A stretch of DNA of 36,271 nucleotides from a virus (IMGVR_UViG_3300042348_000707:1-36271); one strand, 5' to 3'. Shown: positions 7,439 to 17,333, counted from the stretch's first letter. A program made the numbers and translations. Notes: a model not told the origin generated them from the sequence alone.

Positions 7439-9962
7439 TGAATTTGAAAATGTACCTGCTGAAGTTGTCAGAGTGGATTTTACAGGTGCAGATAAAGAAA
7501 AACTGTATACCATTTATTGTAAACTTTTAGGTTCGTTCGGATCTCAAACTCAAAATAATATAATTGCCGCTCGTGCACTTGATGTTAATATAAAAAACAT
7601 CCCGATAAAAGGCGAAGTTGTTATGCTAATAAAAGGTCCAACTGCATATAATAGTGCATTACGAACCGGACAAGAGTATTACTATACAAATCCCATATCA
7701 ATTCAAAGCTCAATACATCACAACGGTATTCCTGGTGTTACTGACTTCACAACACAGACAACACAGACAGAAACAGAAAAAAGAAAAAATGCCGAAGATG
7801 GTGCTTGGAATAAAGTAGAAAATAAATTAAATGTAACAAAAACAATAGATCCTGGATTTCCAGAGCGTATAGATGTATACCCAATTCAACCATATCCAGG
7901 AGACATAATAATTGAAGGCAGATGGGGGCAATCAATAAGATTGGGTTCAACTATTGATGAAAGAAGATCTTATCCACAAAGACCATTATGGAAAAAGGGA
8001 TTGGGTGATACCGGAAATCCAATTTTAATAATTTCTAATGGAACAAATCCTGAAAATAAACCATTCAACCAATTCATAATAGAAAATCCAGATAAAGATG
8101 ATTCTTCAATTTGGATGACATCTGGACATGAACTACAATTTACACCTGCATCAAAAGCACTTGCTGCTGCACAAAATAGAAAGGTTGATTTACATACTAC
8201 AAATCAATGGGCAGGAAATCAAATACTAATTGCAACAGATAGAATTATATTGAATGCTAGAAAACAAGAAATAATGGCATTCTCTGCTGAAGGTATAGGA
8301 TTATCAAGTGATAAAGGTGTGACTATTGATGGTGGTCAAGTTGTTGAAGTTGAATCTTCTCGTATAAATTTAGGAATAAATGCGGTTTCTCCTGTTTTAT
8401 TGGGGGATAAAACAATGCAATGGTTAGGTGATTTATGTGATGCATTGGGAGAATTGTGTTCTCATATAACATCACAAACCCATCCGACTGGAACAGGACC
8501 ATCAGGACCTCCAATAAATGCAGGTTCTTTTAGTGCAGTTGCTTCAAAAATAAAAGGATTAAGAGGAAGTCTAAAATCATTACCAAGTGATTTGGTTTTT
8601 GTTTGTGAAAAATCAGGTGGTCCATCGAAGGCAGAACAAGATGAGGCAAAGAAAAGAGAAGAAACAAAAAGTGGTTATGTAAAACCTACGGAAGAATTAA
8701 ACAATGATCCTCTCGGTACTGATGATGATCCAGCTACACCAACAGCTACTAATGTTGTAACTATAACAAAAGAAATTGATAATATAGAAGAACAAAAGAA
8801 AAAGATATTAGAAAACTTAAAATCAAAAACAGGTGATTCTGCTGCGGCAAAAGATAATTCTGATGCAAATCCAGAACAAGGTAATTTAGAAAAAGCTCCA
8901 AATGAAACACCGCAAATAGATACTACAAAAATTGATCAAGATCCTCCTGAAATTATTTATTCATCTAGAACTAGAAGTAAGGGTGTATCTATAAAATATA
9001 AAGGCGTTACATACATAGTTGATACAAAAGGGACTGAATCTGATGGCAATGATTTAGGACAAACTTCATGGTTGGATGATACCTTTACTGTAAATTCAAC
9101 GGTAATAAATCTTTCACAATTTGCTGGAAAATCACCAGAAGAAAGGATTAAAATAATGGATCAGGCATTATTAGGATCTATACCAAATGGAACATCCGGA
9201 ACATCTGGAACATCCGGAACATCTGGAACAAATACCGCTGATGTGATTCCAAATACAATTTCTCCAGAGTTTCCAAATGGAATAACATTTAATGAATTAG
9301 GTTTGGACAAAACAAAAATGAAATTGATAAATGGAAGATGGGATTATACCGGAAATATAGAATTTACATTAGATAAACCCATGAAAAAATTTAATCAACC
9401 AGATGGTTCTGTGTTGAGGGAAATTCCAATACCATTTGGAAATGTAAACGGTATATTCACTTGTTCAAATTTAGGGTTAAAATCATTAACCAATGCTCCA
9501 CAAGAAGTTGATTCGTTTGATTGTAGTAAAAATAAAAATATAACATCTCTTGTTGGTGGACCTAAAAAGGCGGTATTTTTTGATGCAAGTAAATGTAGTT
9601 TGGTAAATCTTGAAGGTTCTCCAACTTATGTTGATGCATCATTCAATGTATCGCGAAATAATTTACAAAGTTTGAATGGAATACCAAAGCAATATGGATC
9701 CGGATGTCAATTTGAATTACAAGGAAATGTTGGTATAAAATCATTGTCTGGAATTGAATCAACAGAAGATAAACCTATTGCATACTTAAATGTTAGGGAA
9801 TGTAATTTAACAAATGAAACTATTTTTGAAGGAGTTACTTCACTAATAATAAACAGATCAAAGGGTCAATTTAGCGGTGGTTCACAAACAAATGGTAAAC
9901 AGTTAGATGAAAATTTAATAAAGGAAACAACTGGTGCGTTTTCTATTTATGTTAAGTATTAA
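7407..9962 (+). CDS. Baseplate central spike (gp5/VgrG/gpV-like) with a C-terminal LRR-like extension
   Basis: OB-fold-like N-terminus (IPIKGEVVMLI), beta-strand repeats (GDIIIEGRWGQSIRLGS; QILIATDRIILNA...VEVESSRINLG) and apex-like THPTGTGPSGPP at about aa 362. A linker and LxSLxGxP repeats follow. Lies upstream of gp25/gp6. Confidence 0.7.
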   Translation: MNAQKTIINGSEFENVPAEVVRVDFTGADKEKLYTIYCKLLGSFGSQTQNNIIAARALDVNIKNIPIKGEVVMLIKGPTAYNSALRTGQEYYYTNPISIQSSIHHNGIPGVTDFTTQTTQTETEKRKNAEDGAWNKVENKLNVTKTIDPGFPERIDVYPIQPYPGDIIIEGRWGQSIRLGSTIDERRSYPQRPLWKKGLGDTGNPILIISNGTNPENKPFNQFIIENPDKDDSSIWMTSGHELQFTPASKALAAAQNRKVDLHTTNQWAGNQILIATDRIILNARKQEIMAFSAEGIGLSSDKGVTIDGGQVVEVESSRINLGINAVSPVLLGDKTMQWLGDLCDALGELCSHITSQTHPTGTGPSGPPINAGSFSAVASKIKGLRGSLKSLPSDLVFVCEKSGGPSKAEQDEAKKREETKSGYVKPTEELNNDPLGTDDDPATPTATNVVTITKEIDNIEEQKKKILENLKSKTGDSAAAKDNSDANPEQGNLEKAPNETPQIDTTKIDQDPPEIIYSSRTRSKGVSIKYKGVTYIVDTKGTESDGNDLGQTSWLDDTFTVNSTVINLSQFAGKSPEERIKIMDQALLGSIPNGTSGTSGTSGTSGTNTADVIPNTISPEFPNGITFNELGLDKTKMKLINGRWDYTGNIEFTLDKPMKKFNQPDGSVLREIPIPFGNVNGIFTCSNLGLKSLTNAPQEVDSFDCSKNKNITSLVGGPKKAVFFDASKCSLVNLEGSPTYVDASFNVSRNNLQSLNGIPKQYGSGCQFELQGNVGIKSLSGIESTEDKPIAYLNVRECNLTNETIFEGVTSLIINRSKGQFSGGSQTNGKQLDENLIKETTGAFSIYVKY
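9189..9230 (+). repeat. In-frame 9-bp tandem repeat GGAACATC(C/T) x4.7 encoding (GTS)n
   Basis: ggaacatcc ggaacatct ggaacatcc ggaacatct ggaaca. Confidence 0.9.
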
Positions 9963-9996
9963 GGTTTTTCAAAATTATTTTATTTGGATGTAATAC

Positions 9997-12096
9997 ATGG
10001 CAGGTAAATCTACATACACAATAGATAAAAAAGATTTTATATTTTCAGTTTGTTGGGAAAAGATAGAGGCAAGTGGTACAACATTTCCAAAAAAATATGA
10101 ATTTGTAGAGTGTCCAAATGATCCAAATTCAACTGAAAATGCTGCAAGATATAGAAAAGAAGCAAGAATTGTATCATTTGGTAGAGAATTTTGTTCTGCA
10201 ATAACTTGGAATGGATCCGAAGGAGCACAATACTATATTAAAAATAATGTTTATATTGGTGATGATACTTGTCCTATTGAAGATAAAAAAAATCAACCAG
10301 TAGAAATAAAAAAAGAAGATACCGTTGCACAAATGTTTTCAAAAATAAATGATGGTAAAAATATATCAGAAGAATTGAACAAAACAGAAGAAGTAAAAAA
10401 AGAAACATCAGGATTTTTAAGTAGTGTGAGTAGCACTATTTTATCCGGTATATCTAATTTTAATGATTTGAAAACGTTATCATTGAATAAATTAGAAACT
10501 GCAGCAACTTCTATTGGAATAAGTAAACGCAGTCTAAATAAACTGATAAACATTACAGATAAAATTGATGCTAGAGGTTTAATTGGTGGTGATATAAATT
10601 CTACAAAACAAATGTTATTAGGTGAATTGGAAAATACCAATCTTTATGATGTTGCTAAAACTCCTGAAGTATTGGGGTTATTATCCGAACAACTTGGTAT
10701 ATCGGAAGCAAATCTTGAAAAAATGTTAAATACAGCTGAAAATGTAAGATCATTATCAGACATCACATCCATAGAACAATTTATGAATATGGATTTTGCA
10801 TTCAAAGAAAAATTTGCATTAGATAATTTTATACCAACTGATATGTTAGACGATGTAATGCCAATATCATTACAACTTCTTTCAAACGATGAAAATGTTA
10901 GAAGATTAGCAGAAGAAAATGCAAAACAATTACTTGGTCGAAAAATAATGGAGATGGTTTCTCCAAACGTGGCCGAATTAACACCTGGACAAGATTTGGG
11001 TTTACCTAATTTTTTACAAAATTTTTCAAATATGGATTACAGAATACAAAAAGTTGCTGCAGTTGCTTTAGGATTTGGAACAGAAGAAGCTGCTGTTCTT
11101 GAATGTAGAAACGTTATGGATCAATTAAAACAATATAGAGAGTTGGATGAACAATCAAATTCATTAAAAAATTCATTATATGACCATGCAAATAAATTGT
11201 ATACCGATAGAGATCTAAATCCAAAAATTATTGATGATTATTTGGAAGAACATGGTTTGAAAGAGGAAGAATTGATAAAGGCATTGAATGTTTCAGATAA
11301 GTTATACGCAACAACAATAAAAACATCATACTCATCTGATACAGGTGATTGGGCAGGCGATTCATCTGATGGTAAGGTTCCAACTGAACCGGATGCATCC
11401 AGTCTTGAAACAAATGCAACAGGTCAAATTCCTGCCGCTATTGTAATACCAACTATAAACGAAAGATTGATAATAAAAACAGAAACACCGGCAGGTACAA
11501 GATTTGATTACAATGGTAGTTTGGAATTTAAGCGTGAAGATTTGGTAAATGGAAAGATACCAGTTAAATTTACAAAAGTAAATGGAAATTTTGTATGTAA
11601 AAATATAGGATTGAAAACATTAGAAAATTGTCCTGAAATTATCGGTGGTGAATTTGATTGTTCAAATAATGAATTGACAAATTTAGTTGGTGGACCAAAT
11701 GAAGTTGGATGGAATTATAGATGTTCAAATAATAAACTTGAAAGTATAAAAGGCGTTGCATTTACAATAGGTGCATCTCGTAACGATTCATTGTTTAATT
11801 GTTCTAATAATCCATTGCAATCGCTAGAAACAGGTAGACAACAAGAGGTTACTATATTTGGTAGAGGTATGTTATGTACTGATACAACCTTAAAAAGTTT
11901 TGCCGGAACTGCTTTGGATATTAAAGGGACAATGGATGTTCGTTCAAATGATTTACGTCATATTGATTTATTTGCTAACGCCATAGTAAGAGTTGGAAAT
12001 GAAATCAGATTGGATGGTCAGAAGAACACAGAAAGGTTTAATCTTGAAGAAGTACAACAAAGAACTGGAGCAAAAACAGTTTCATTAAATAAGTAA
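9997..12096 (+). CDS. Helical protein with a C-terminal LRR-like domain paralogous to the spike extension
   Basis: FDYNGSLEF...IPVKFTKVNGNFVCKNIGLKTLENCPEIIGGEFDCSNNELTNLVGGP matches the spike tail WDYTGNIEF...IPIPFGNVNGIFTCSNLGLKSLTNAPQEVDSFDCS. Confidence 0.8.
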   Translation: MAGKSTYTIDKKDFIFSVCWEKIEASGTTFPKKYEFVECPNDPNSTENAARYRKEARIVSFGREFCSAITWNGSEGAQYYIKNNVYIGDDTCPIEDKKNQPVEIKKEDTVAQMFSKINDGKNISEELNKTEEVKKETSGFLSSVSSTILSGISNFNDLKTLSLNKLETAATSIGISKRSLNKLINITDKIDARGLIGGDINSTKQMLLGELENTNLYDVAKTPEVLGLLSEQLGISEANLEKMLNTAENVRSLSDITSIEQFMNMDFAFKEKFALDNFIPTDMLDDVMPISLQLLSNDENVRRLAEENAKQLLGRKIMEMVSPNVAELTPGQDLGLPNFLQNFSNMDYRIQKVAAVALGFGTEEAAVLECRNVMDQLKQYRELDEQSNSLKNSLYDHANKLYTDRDLNPKIIDDYLEEHGLKEEELIKALNVSDKLYATTIKTSYSSDTGDWAGDSSDGKVPTEPDASSLETNATGQIPAAIVIPTINERLIIKTETPAGTRFDYNGSLEFKREDLVNGKIPVKFTKVNGNFVCKNIGLKTLENCPEIIGGEFDCSNNELTNLVGGPNEVGWNYRCSNNKLESIKGVAFTIGASRNDSLFNCSNNPLQSLETGRQQEVTIFGRGMLCTDTTLKSFAGTALDIKGTMDVRSNDLRHIDLFANAIVRVGNEIRLDGQKNTERFNLEEVQQRTGAKTVSLNK

Positions 12097-12109
12097 TTAG
12101 AGAAAATAC

Positions 12110-13090
12110 ATGGCAGAAGTAACAGATTTAACAACGGAAACAGATAGAGTTGAAGAAAGTCTTGAAGGTGCAGAAGTAATTGGACCATATAGACGGCAAC
12201 TCCTTGAATATAGACCTACAACACAAGAGGAAGAAGAATTTATTACAATAGATACTAGACAAAACGATTGGTCTGATATTGCACTTGGATTATATGAACA
12301 AATTTCTAGTGAACTTCCATCCGATACATTATATGAAGGAGGTGGTATTGCAGGTGCGTGTATTGATCCTGCAACAGGAAATGTAGGAACATTAGTGAAT
12401 ACTGATCCCGGAACAGGACAACAATCAATCGTTCCTACTGGAACAACCGTAAAAAATGTAACAACACCAACTACTGGTGGTACTATACCAAATGTACAAG
12501 CAACCACACCAACGCCAGGAAATCTTACAGAATTACAAAAAGAAATAGTAAATCAGGCCGTTGATTTTTTACAACTGAAACCACCAGGACAAAAATGGGA
12601 AAACGATAACCGTGCAATAGATAGTGCATTGACAAGTTTGAGACAAAAATTCCCAAATAAATCAGGAATGGCACCGGATATGTGGTGTGCACTATTTACA
12701 ACGGTTTGTGTTAATGAGGCGTGTAAAGTTGTTGGTGCAAAAAATACCTGTCCAATTACTCTTGGTGCATCTGCATCTGTTACTGGAAATAATCCACCTG
12801 TAAGTACAATTCCTGAACCAGGTGATATAATGTGGAAATGTTGCGGTGGAAGAAGTGGCCATGTTGGTATAGTAGTTTCCGTATCATCAAATGGCGGAAT
12901 TTTAACAATAGAAGGTAATATGGGTGATGCAGTTGCCATGCGTAGATATAAAAATAATGAAGGCATGAAATTCAAACACGCAGGTAGAATGCCACATACT
13001 GGAAGAGCAAGACCAGTTAATGGATATGGAAAATTAGAAAATCTTGCAGCCGCAGGTTATCTTAAAGGTGGAAAATGGAAAACAACATAA
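12110..13090 (+). CDS. CHAP-domain peptidoglycan amidase/endopeptidase
   Basis: WCALF (Cys193), PEPGDI, GHVGIV (His251) and TIEGN, preceded by a Thr/Pro-rich linker. Confidence 0.85.
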   Translation: MAEVTDLTTETDRVEESLEGAEVIGPYRRQLLEYRPTTQEEEEFITIDTRQNDWSDIALGLYEQISSELPSDTLYEGGGIAGACIDPATGNVGTLVNTDPGTGQQSIVPTGTTVKNVTTPTTGGTIPNVQATTPTPGNLTELQKEIVNQAVDFLQLKPPGQKWENDNRAIDSALTSLRQKFPNKSGMAPDMWCALFTTVCVNEACKVVGAKNTCPITLGASASVTGNNPPVSTIPEPGDIMWKCCGGRSGHVGIVVSVSSNGGILTIEGNMGDAVAMRRYKNNEGMKFKHAGRMPHTGRARPVNGYGKLENLAAAGYLKGGKWKTT

Positions 13091-13103
13091 TTTGGAGAAT
13101 TAA

Positions 13104-16100
13104 ATGGCAGTAAGTATTTCACCTTTGATGAACGATCCAGCTTTTAATGGAACCAGTAAAAATAAAACGGATAAAAAATTATTTTTACAGGCATTACCTG
13201 CTATCCTTGGTGCATATAAAATGACAAATACTTTTAGATTGGTTCATTTTTTAGGTCAAACCGCGCATGAAACTGGTAATTATTTTTATGAAGAAGAAAT
13301 TGCAAGTGGAGAAAAATATAATGGTAGATCTGATTTAGGTAATAAACAACCGGGAGATGGACCAAAATTTAAGGGCAGAGGATTTGTTCAATTAACAGGA
13401 AGACATAATTACACTTTATTTCAAAAAAAGACTGGTGTTGATTTTACTTCTACATTAGATGCTGCTAGAAAAGTTCTTCAACCACAATATCTGTGGAGTT
13501 CTGCCGGTTGGTATTTTTTAGAACAAAGACCTAAATTTTTTGGTGTTGCTGATCAAGGTATAAATAATAATACTATTCTACCTATATCAAAATTTGTAAA
13601 CGGTGGAACAAATGGACTTGCGGATCGTCAGAAAAAAACATTTCATTTTGGTAGTCTGTTCGGCCAAACAAACCAAACAGTTTCGGTTCCAGTATCATCT
13701 ACGAATCCAATAGCAACTCCTGTTGTAAGCACAACAACCGGAACAACAGATGTTACAAATAATGGAGCAACTCAGCCTGCTGCCGCATCTGCAGTTTGTA
13801 CTGATATGGACAAATTAGATGGTAAATTAAAATCAAACGAAGGTCCTAATGGTGCCGGTGATGTTGCTTTTGATCCAGTTCCACCACCAAAAAGAGATAC
13901 ACCGATTCGTAGTGACGGTGGATTAAATCATAGATTTTATCAGAGACCATCGAAAGAGGGATTGCCAGCAACTCTTGAAGAAATGGTTAATAAGAAAAAT
14001 AAGTGGTATAAAAGATATTGGGCATATAGACCAAATGAGGGTCTTGGGTTTGGTTCTGAAAAATTTGAATCAACTATAACTCAAAATTCAAAAAATTTAA
14101 TAACATCGTTGATACCATATTGGCCTCCTGTTGATCTTCCTGTATCTGCATCTGTTAGTGGATCAAAACAATCTGGAGATTTAGATCCAAAACCAACGGT
14201 AAATGGTAGTTGGAAAAATTTAATAAATGGTCAAGGTGATATTAAATCGGTTTGGGATATTCCAATACTTTTGAATACATACGATGTTGGTGTATTTAAT
14301 CAAAACATAGGTTATACATTTGAAGCCGGAAATGAATTACACATGACTATTTTGCCAGAAAAAACAGTAATAAATCGTGGTAAAAGTTTGGGTATTGGTA
14401 GTGGGACAAATACTATTACAACTGAAAAGGCAAATAAAGATTCAAGTTGGCAACATTGGCCAAAATGGGATGGTATATGGGTAAAACATTGTCTTAATAG
14501 TTCAGGATATACAACATTTGCTGGTATAGATATTAGTGTTGATCAATATCATCAAACAATTCTTGCCGGTGGTAAAGGTGGTGGTAAATTAGTAAACATT
14601 CCAGGATATATCGAAACTGCTGTATCTGGCTCTGACAATTCTGGAACATCTGGAACATCCGGCACAAGTGGAACAAGTGGAACAAGTGGAAATTCTACTG
14701 AAACGGTGAACACTAAAGCAAAAAATAAAAAAGTTGCAAAAGAAAAAGTAAAAAAAGAAAAAGACTGGTCATGGAAAGAAATGCTTGCAAATAGTAAACA
14801 AGACGGTATATTCAAACCAAGTAAATTGTGGTTCCAACCAACGTATCTAAATGCAGATGAAAAATTACAAGATGGTGATATTGCCATTTTTATTGTAGAT
14901 TATCATTTTACAAAAGACGGAAAATTTACACCAAAAGGTGAAAAATTACTTAAAAAAATAATTGAATTAAATTGGAAGTTGGCAATAGTTTCTACCATTC
15001 CACATCATACATCACAGAGTATAAAATGTAGAGCAGAAGTTCTAGCATATTTAGATGAAACTGGAGAAATGATTACAATAGGTGGTGATACAAAACCATA
15101 CAAAGGCGATTCTACTGCTGAAATTGGATCACATATTGCAGTAAAAACAACAAGTATACATGAAATTGCCGGTTTACAATCTGATTCTTGGATAAATGGA
15201 TCGGTTGTAATTTCAAAAGTAAAATCTTCACCATCGGAGGATCAAAGAGAAGGTGGTTTGAATACAAAGTTTTATATTTCTGAAATTATGGATAAATACA
15301 TAAAAGAAATAGATAATCAACCTGAAAAACTTACTGGAAGATTATTCAATTTTATACGAGAAAAAATAAAATACAAACCCCAGGCGGCACCAGTTCAAAC
15401 AGATACAGGAGGATCAACTGGTACAGTTGTAGGTGCAGGTGCAGGTGGATTAGGTGCATCATCACCACCACCAAACATAGTAGTTCCTGCTGGACAAAGA
15501 GTTTTTGCGGGTGGATCAAAACAAAATGTTTATGGCCAATCATTGGGTTGGATATTGGTATTATGGTCTCATGTTTTGAAAAGATATGTAATAACACAAG
15601 GTGCAAAAAAAGGAAATGTTATTTGGAAAGATTTTGCTATAGGAAATTTAGGACAAAGTAGATCTTTAGCAGATACCAAGGCAGGAGGTCCAGGACGTTC
15701 TACTTCAAGTTTACACGCTGCATTACTTGGAAATGATATAACATTTCATCATCCAGAATATACTGATGTTGTTGATGGTCGTAGACCAAGTGGTCCTGTT
15801 CCAGGTTTAACACCATTTCCAACGTACAATACTGTAAAAGGACAGATACCAAATTATTGTGCAAAAGGAAATACTGTTCCAGTTTATGGTGCAAATGTAC
15901 CACCGTGCACAGGTGCTGCTATGTTTTTTAGTGATTATGGACAAGAATTATACAACTTAAAATTGAATATAGCCAGAAATCCAAAAAAATTCATAGACCA
16001 ATATGGATTTCCAGCAACTACAGCAGACCGTAAACACGGTGCTCCTGTTTTGCCATCATTTGGATTACATAATATAGATTGGGGACAGGATGTTTTTGGT

Positions 16101-16325
16101 AAAGGAAAATATCCAGATAAATGGCCGTTGGATGTCAAACAAGGACCAGCAAAAGGTGGTGCACATGAATGGGGTTGGCGAGAATGGGCACATCTCCAGG
16201 CACCTGATAAAATTCAAGTTCAACTATGGAGTGCATACACAACAGATTTGTGGGCATCTGCAAAATTAAAACCGGCAGATATGCTTAATGGTGATAAACG
16301 TGCATTATTTTATTCAAGAAAATAG
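13104..16325 (+). CDS. Multidomain cell-wall hydrolase: GH19 + degenerate CHAP + M15-like peptidase
   Basis: GH19 motifs FLGQTAHET, DGPKFKGRGFVQLTGRHNY, SAGWYF and VNGGTNGLADR. Central WDGIWV...ITIGGDT. C-terminal SLHAALLGND...IDWG...EWAHLQ. Confidence 0.8.
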   Translation: MAVSISPLMNDPAFNGTSKNKTDKKLFLQALPAILGAYKMTNTFRLVHFLGQTAHETGNYFYEEEIASGEKYNGRSDLGNKQPGDGPKFKGRGFVQLTGRHNYTLFQKKTGVDFTSTLDAARKVLQPQYLWSSAGWYFLEQRPKFFGVADQGINNNTILPISKFVNGGTNGLADRQKKTFHFGSLFGQTNQTVSVPVSSTNPIATPVVSTTTGTTDVTNNGATQPAAASAVCTDMDKLDGKLKSNEGPNGAGDVAFDPVPPPKRDTPIRSDGGLNHRFYQRPSKEGLPATLEEMVNKKNKWYKRYWAYRPNEGLGFGSEKFESTITQNSKNLITSLIPYWPPVDLPVSASVSGSKQSGDLDPKPTVNGSWKNLINGQGDIKSVWDIPILLNTYDVGVFNQNIGYTFEAGNELHMTILPEKTVINRGKSLGIGSGTNTITTEKANKDSSWQHWPKWDGIWVKHCLNSSGYTTFAGIDISVDQYHQTILAGGKGGGKLVNIPGYIETAVSGSDNSGTSGTSGTSGTSGTSGNSTETVNTKAKNKKVAKEKVKKEKDWSWKEMLANSKQDGIFKPSKLWFQPTYLNADEKLQDGDIAIFIVDYHFTKDGKFTPKGEKLLKKIIELNWKLAIVSTIPHHTSQSIKCRAEVLAYLDETGEMITIGGDTKPYKGDSTAEIGSHIAVKTTSIHEIAGLQSDSWINGSVVISKVKSSPSEDQREGGLNTKFYISEIMDKYIKEIDNQPEKLTGRLFNFIREKIKYKPQAAPVQTDTGGSTGTVVGAGAGGLGASSPPPNIVVPAGQRVFAGGSKQNVYGQSLGWILVLWSHVLKRYVITQGAKKGNVIWKDFAIGNLGQSRSLADTKAGGPGRSTSSLHAALLGNDITFHHPEYTDVVDGRRPSGPVPGLTPFPTYNTVKGQIPNYCAKGNTVPVYGANVPPCTGAAMFFSDYGQELYNLKLNIARNPKKFIDQYGFPATTADRKHGAPVLPSFGLHNIDWGQDVFGKGKYPDKWPLDVKQGPAKGGAHEWGWREWAHLQAPDKIQVQLWSAYTTDLWASAKLKPADMLNGDKRALFYSRK
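14640..14690 (+). repeat. In-frame (SGT)n tandem repeat
   Basis: tctggaaca tctggaaca tccggcaca agtggaaca agtggaaca agtgga. Confidence 0.85.
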
Positions 16326-16349
16326 ATCATGATATATTTTTGTAATAGA

Positions 16350-16356
16350 TATTTAT
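16350..16356 (+). promoter_or_regulatory. TATTTAT candidate late promoter
   Basis: Sits in the intergenic gap before the 16389-gp25-gp6 block. Confidence 0.45.
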
Positions 16357-16388
16357 TGTAAAGTTAAACAAATAAAAAGGTTTATAGC

Positions 16389-16826
16389 ATGGATAGTGAA
16401 AATTTTTTCAAAAAAATTCGTAGCATAATAAGAGAAGAAATTGATTATGCTTTAGAAAAAAAAATACCTAAAAATTCTGTTTCCAAATCATCTCAAACAA
16501 AAGAAATAGAGCACGGAATGAAATTGTATAAAGAACAATACAATGGTAAAAAACCTGCGGTAAAAAAACCTACTGCAAGTAATTCTAAATTTAATTCAAT
16601 ACAAGATATTTTGAATGAAACAAAAAGAACATTAAACGAAAGTATGGAAATGGAAAGAGAATTTACCTTTACATCAGATATGGCTGAAAATTTTGGTTAT
16701 TCAAATCAAAGCGCTGCTATTCCACAAGGATATTCTTCCAATGATATACCAGAAAATGTAATGGATGCATTGACAAAAGATTATTCGGCTCTTATGAAAG
16801 CAATAGATGAAAAGAAAGGGAGATGA
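16389..16826 (+). CDS. Hypothetical virion-associated protein
   Basis: 145-aa ORF with an AAGG SD; contains IIREE, ILNE and TLNE motifs. Confidence 0.75.
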   Translation: MDSENFFKKIRSIIREEIDYALEKKIPKNSVSKSSQTKEIEHGMKLYKEQYNGKKPAVKKPTASNSKFNSIQDILNETKRTLNESMEMEREFTFTSDMAENFGYSNQSAAIPQGYSSNDIPENVMDALTKDYSALMKAIDEKKGR

Positions 16827-16829
16827 TAA

Positions 16830-17333
16830 TTGGCACTTTATAGAAGAAAACGAGTAGTTGTAAACACCCCTAATGTTGATATTCAATTAACAAAACCAAT
16901 AGGGATAACTATTCCATTCAATAAACCGAGTGGAATTTTTAATCAAAGTTTTACAAACCATGAACAAGTTTTTTCTAACTTAAAAAATTTATTACTGACA
17001 AATAAGGGTGAACGGTATATGCTTCCGGAATTTGGAACAGATATACGTGCAGTTCTTTTTGAAAATATAACAAGTGAAGATGCATTTACAAATTCAATAA
17101 ATGGGGAAATTGAATCGGCAATATCCGAATGGATGCCTTATTTGGTAATTACGGAACTCGAAACAACAATTCCATCATACGATCAAAGAATTGATGAACA
17201 AGAACATTCCGTGAGAATCAAATTAGTTGTTCAAATTGGTTCAACAAACATTTATTTACCAATTCAAATACTTATATCTGATACCGGAGAATTAGAAATA
17301 AGAGAGGCAGTCTACAATGGCAGATTTAGTTAA
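16830..17333 (+). CDS. Baseplate wedge/sheath-initiator protein (T4 gp25/GPW-like)
   Basis: NLKNLLLTNKGERYMLPEFGTDI...LFE and AISEWMP; TTG start with GGGAG SD. Confidence 0.9.
   Translation: MALYRRKRVVVNTPNVDIQLTKPIGITIPFNKPSGIFNQSFTNHEQVFSNLKNLLLTNKGERYMLPEFGTDIRAVLFENITSEDAFTNSINGEIESAISEWMPYLVITELETTIPSYDQRIDEQEHSVRIKLVVQIGSTNIYLPIQILISDTGELEIREAVYNGRFS

Noticed and set aside
9189-9230. CRISPR-like array
   Set aside because: It is a 9-bp in-frame coding repeat without spacers. No CRISPR array, tRNA or rRNA was recognised anywhere in the window.
2451-14757. Identical peptide KVAKEKVKK in the 2244 and 13104 ORFs
   Set aside because: It is low-complexity Lys/poly-A sequence in unrelated proteins and most likely coincidence.
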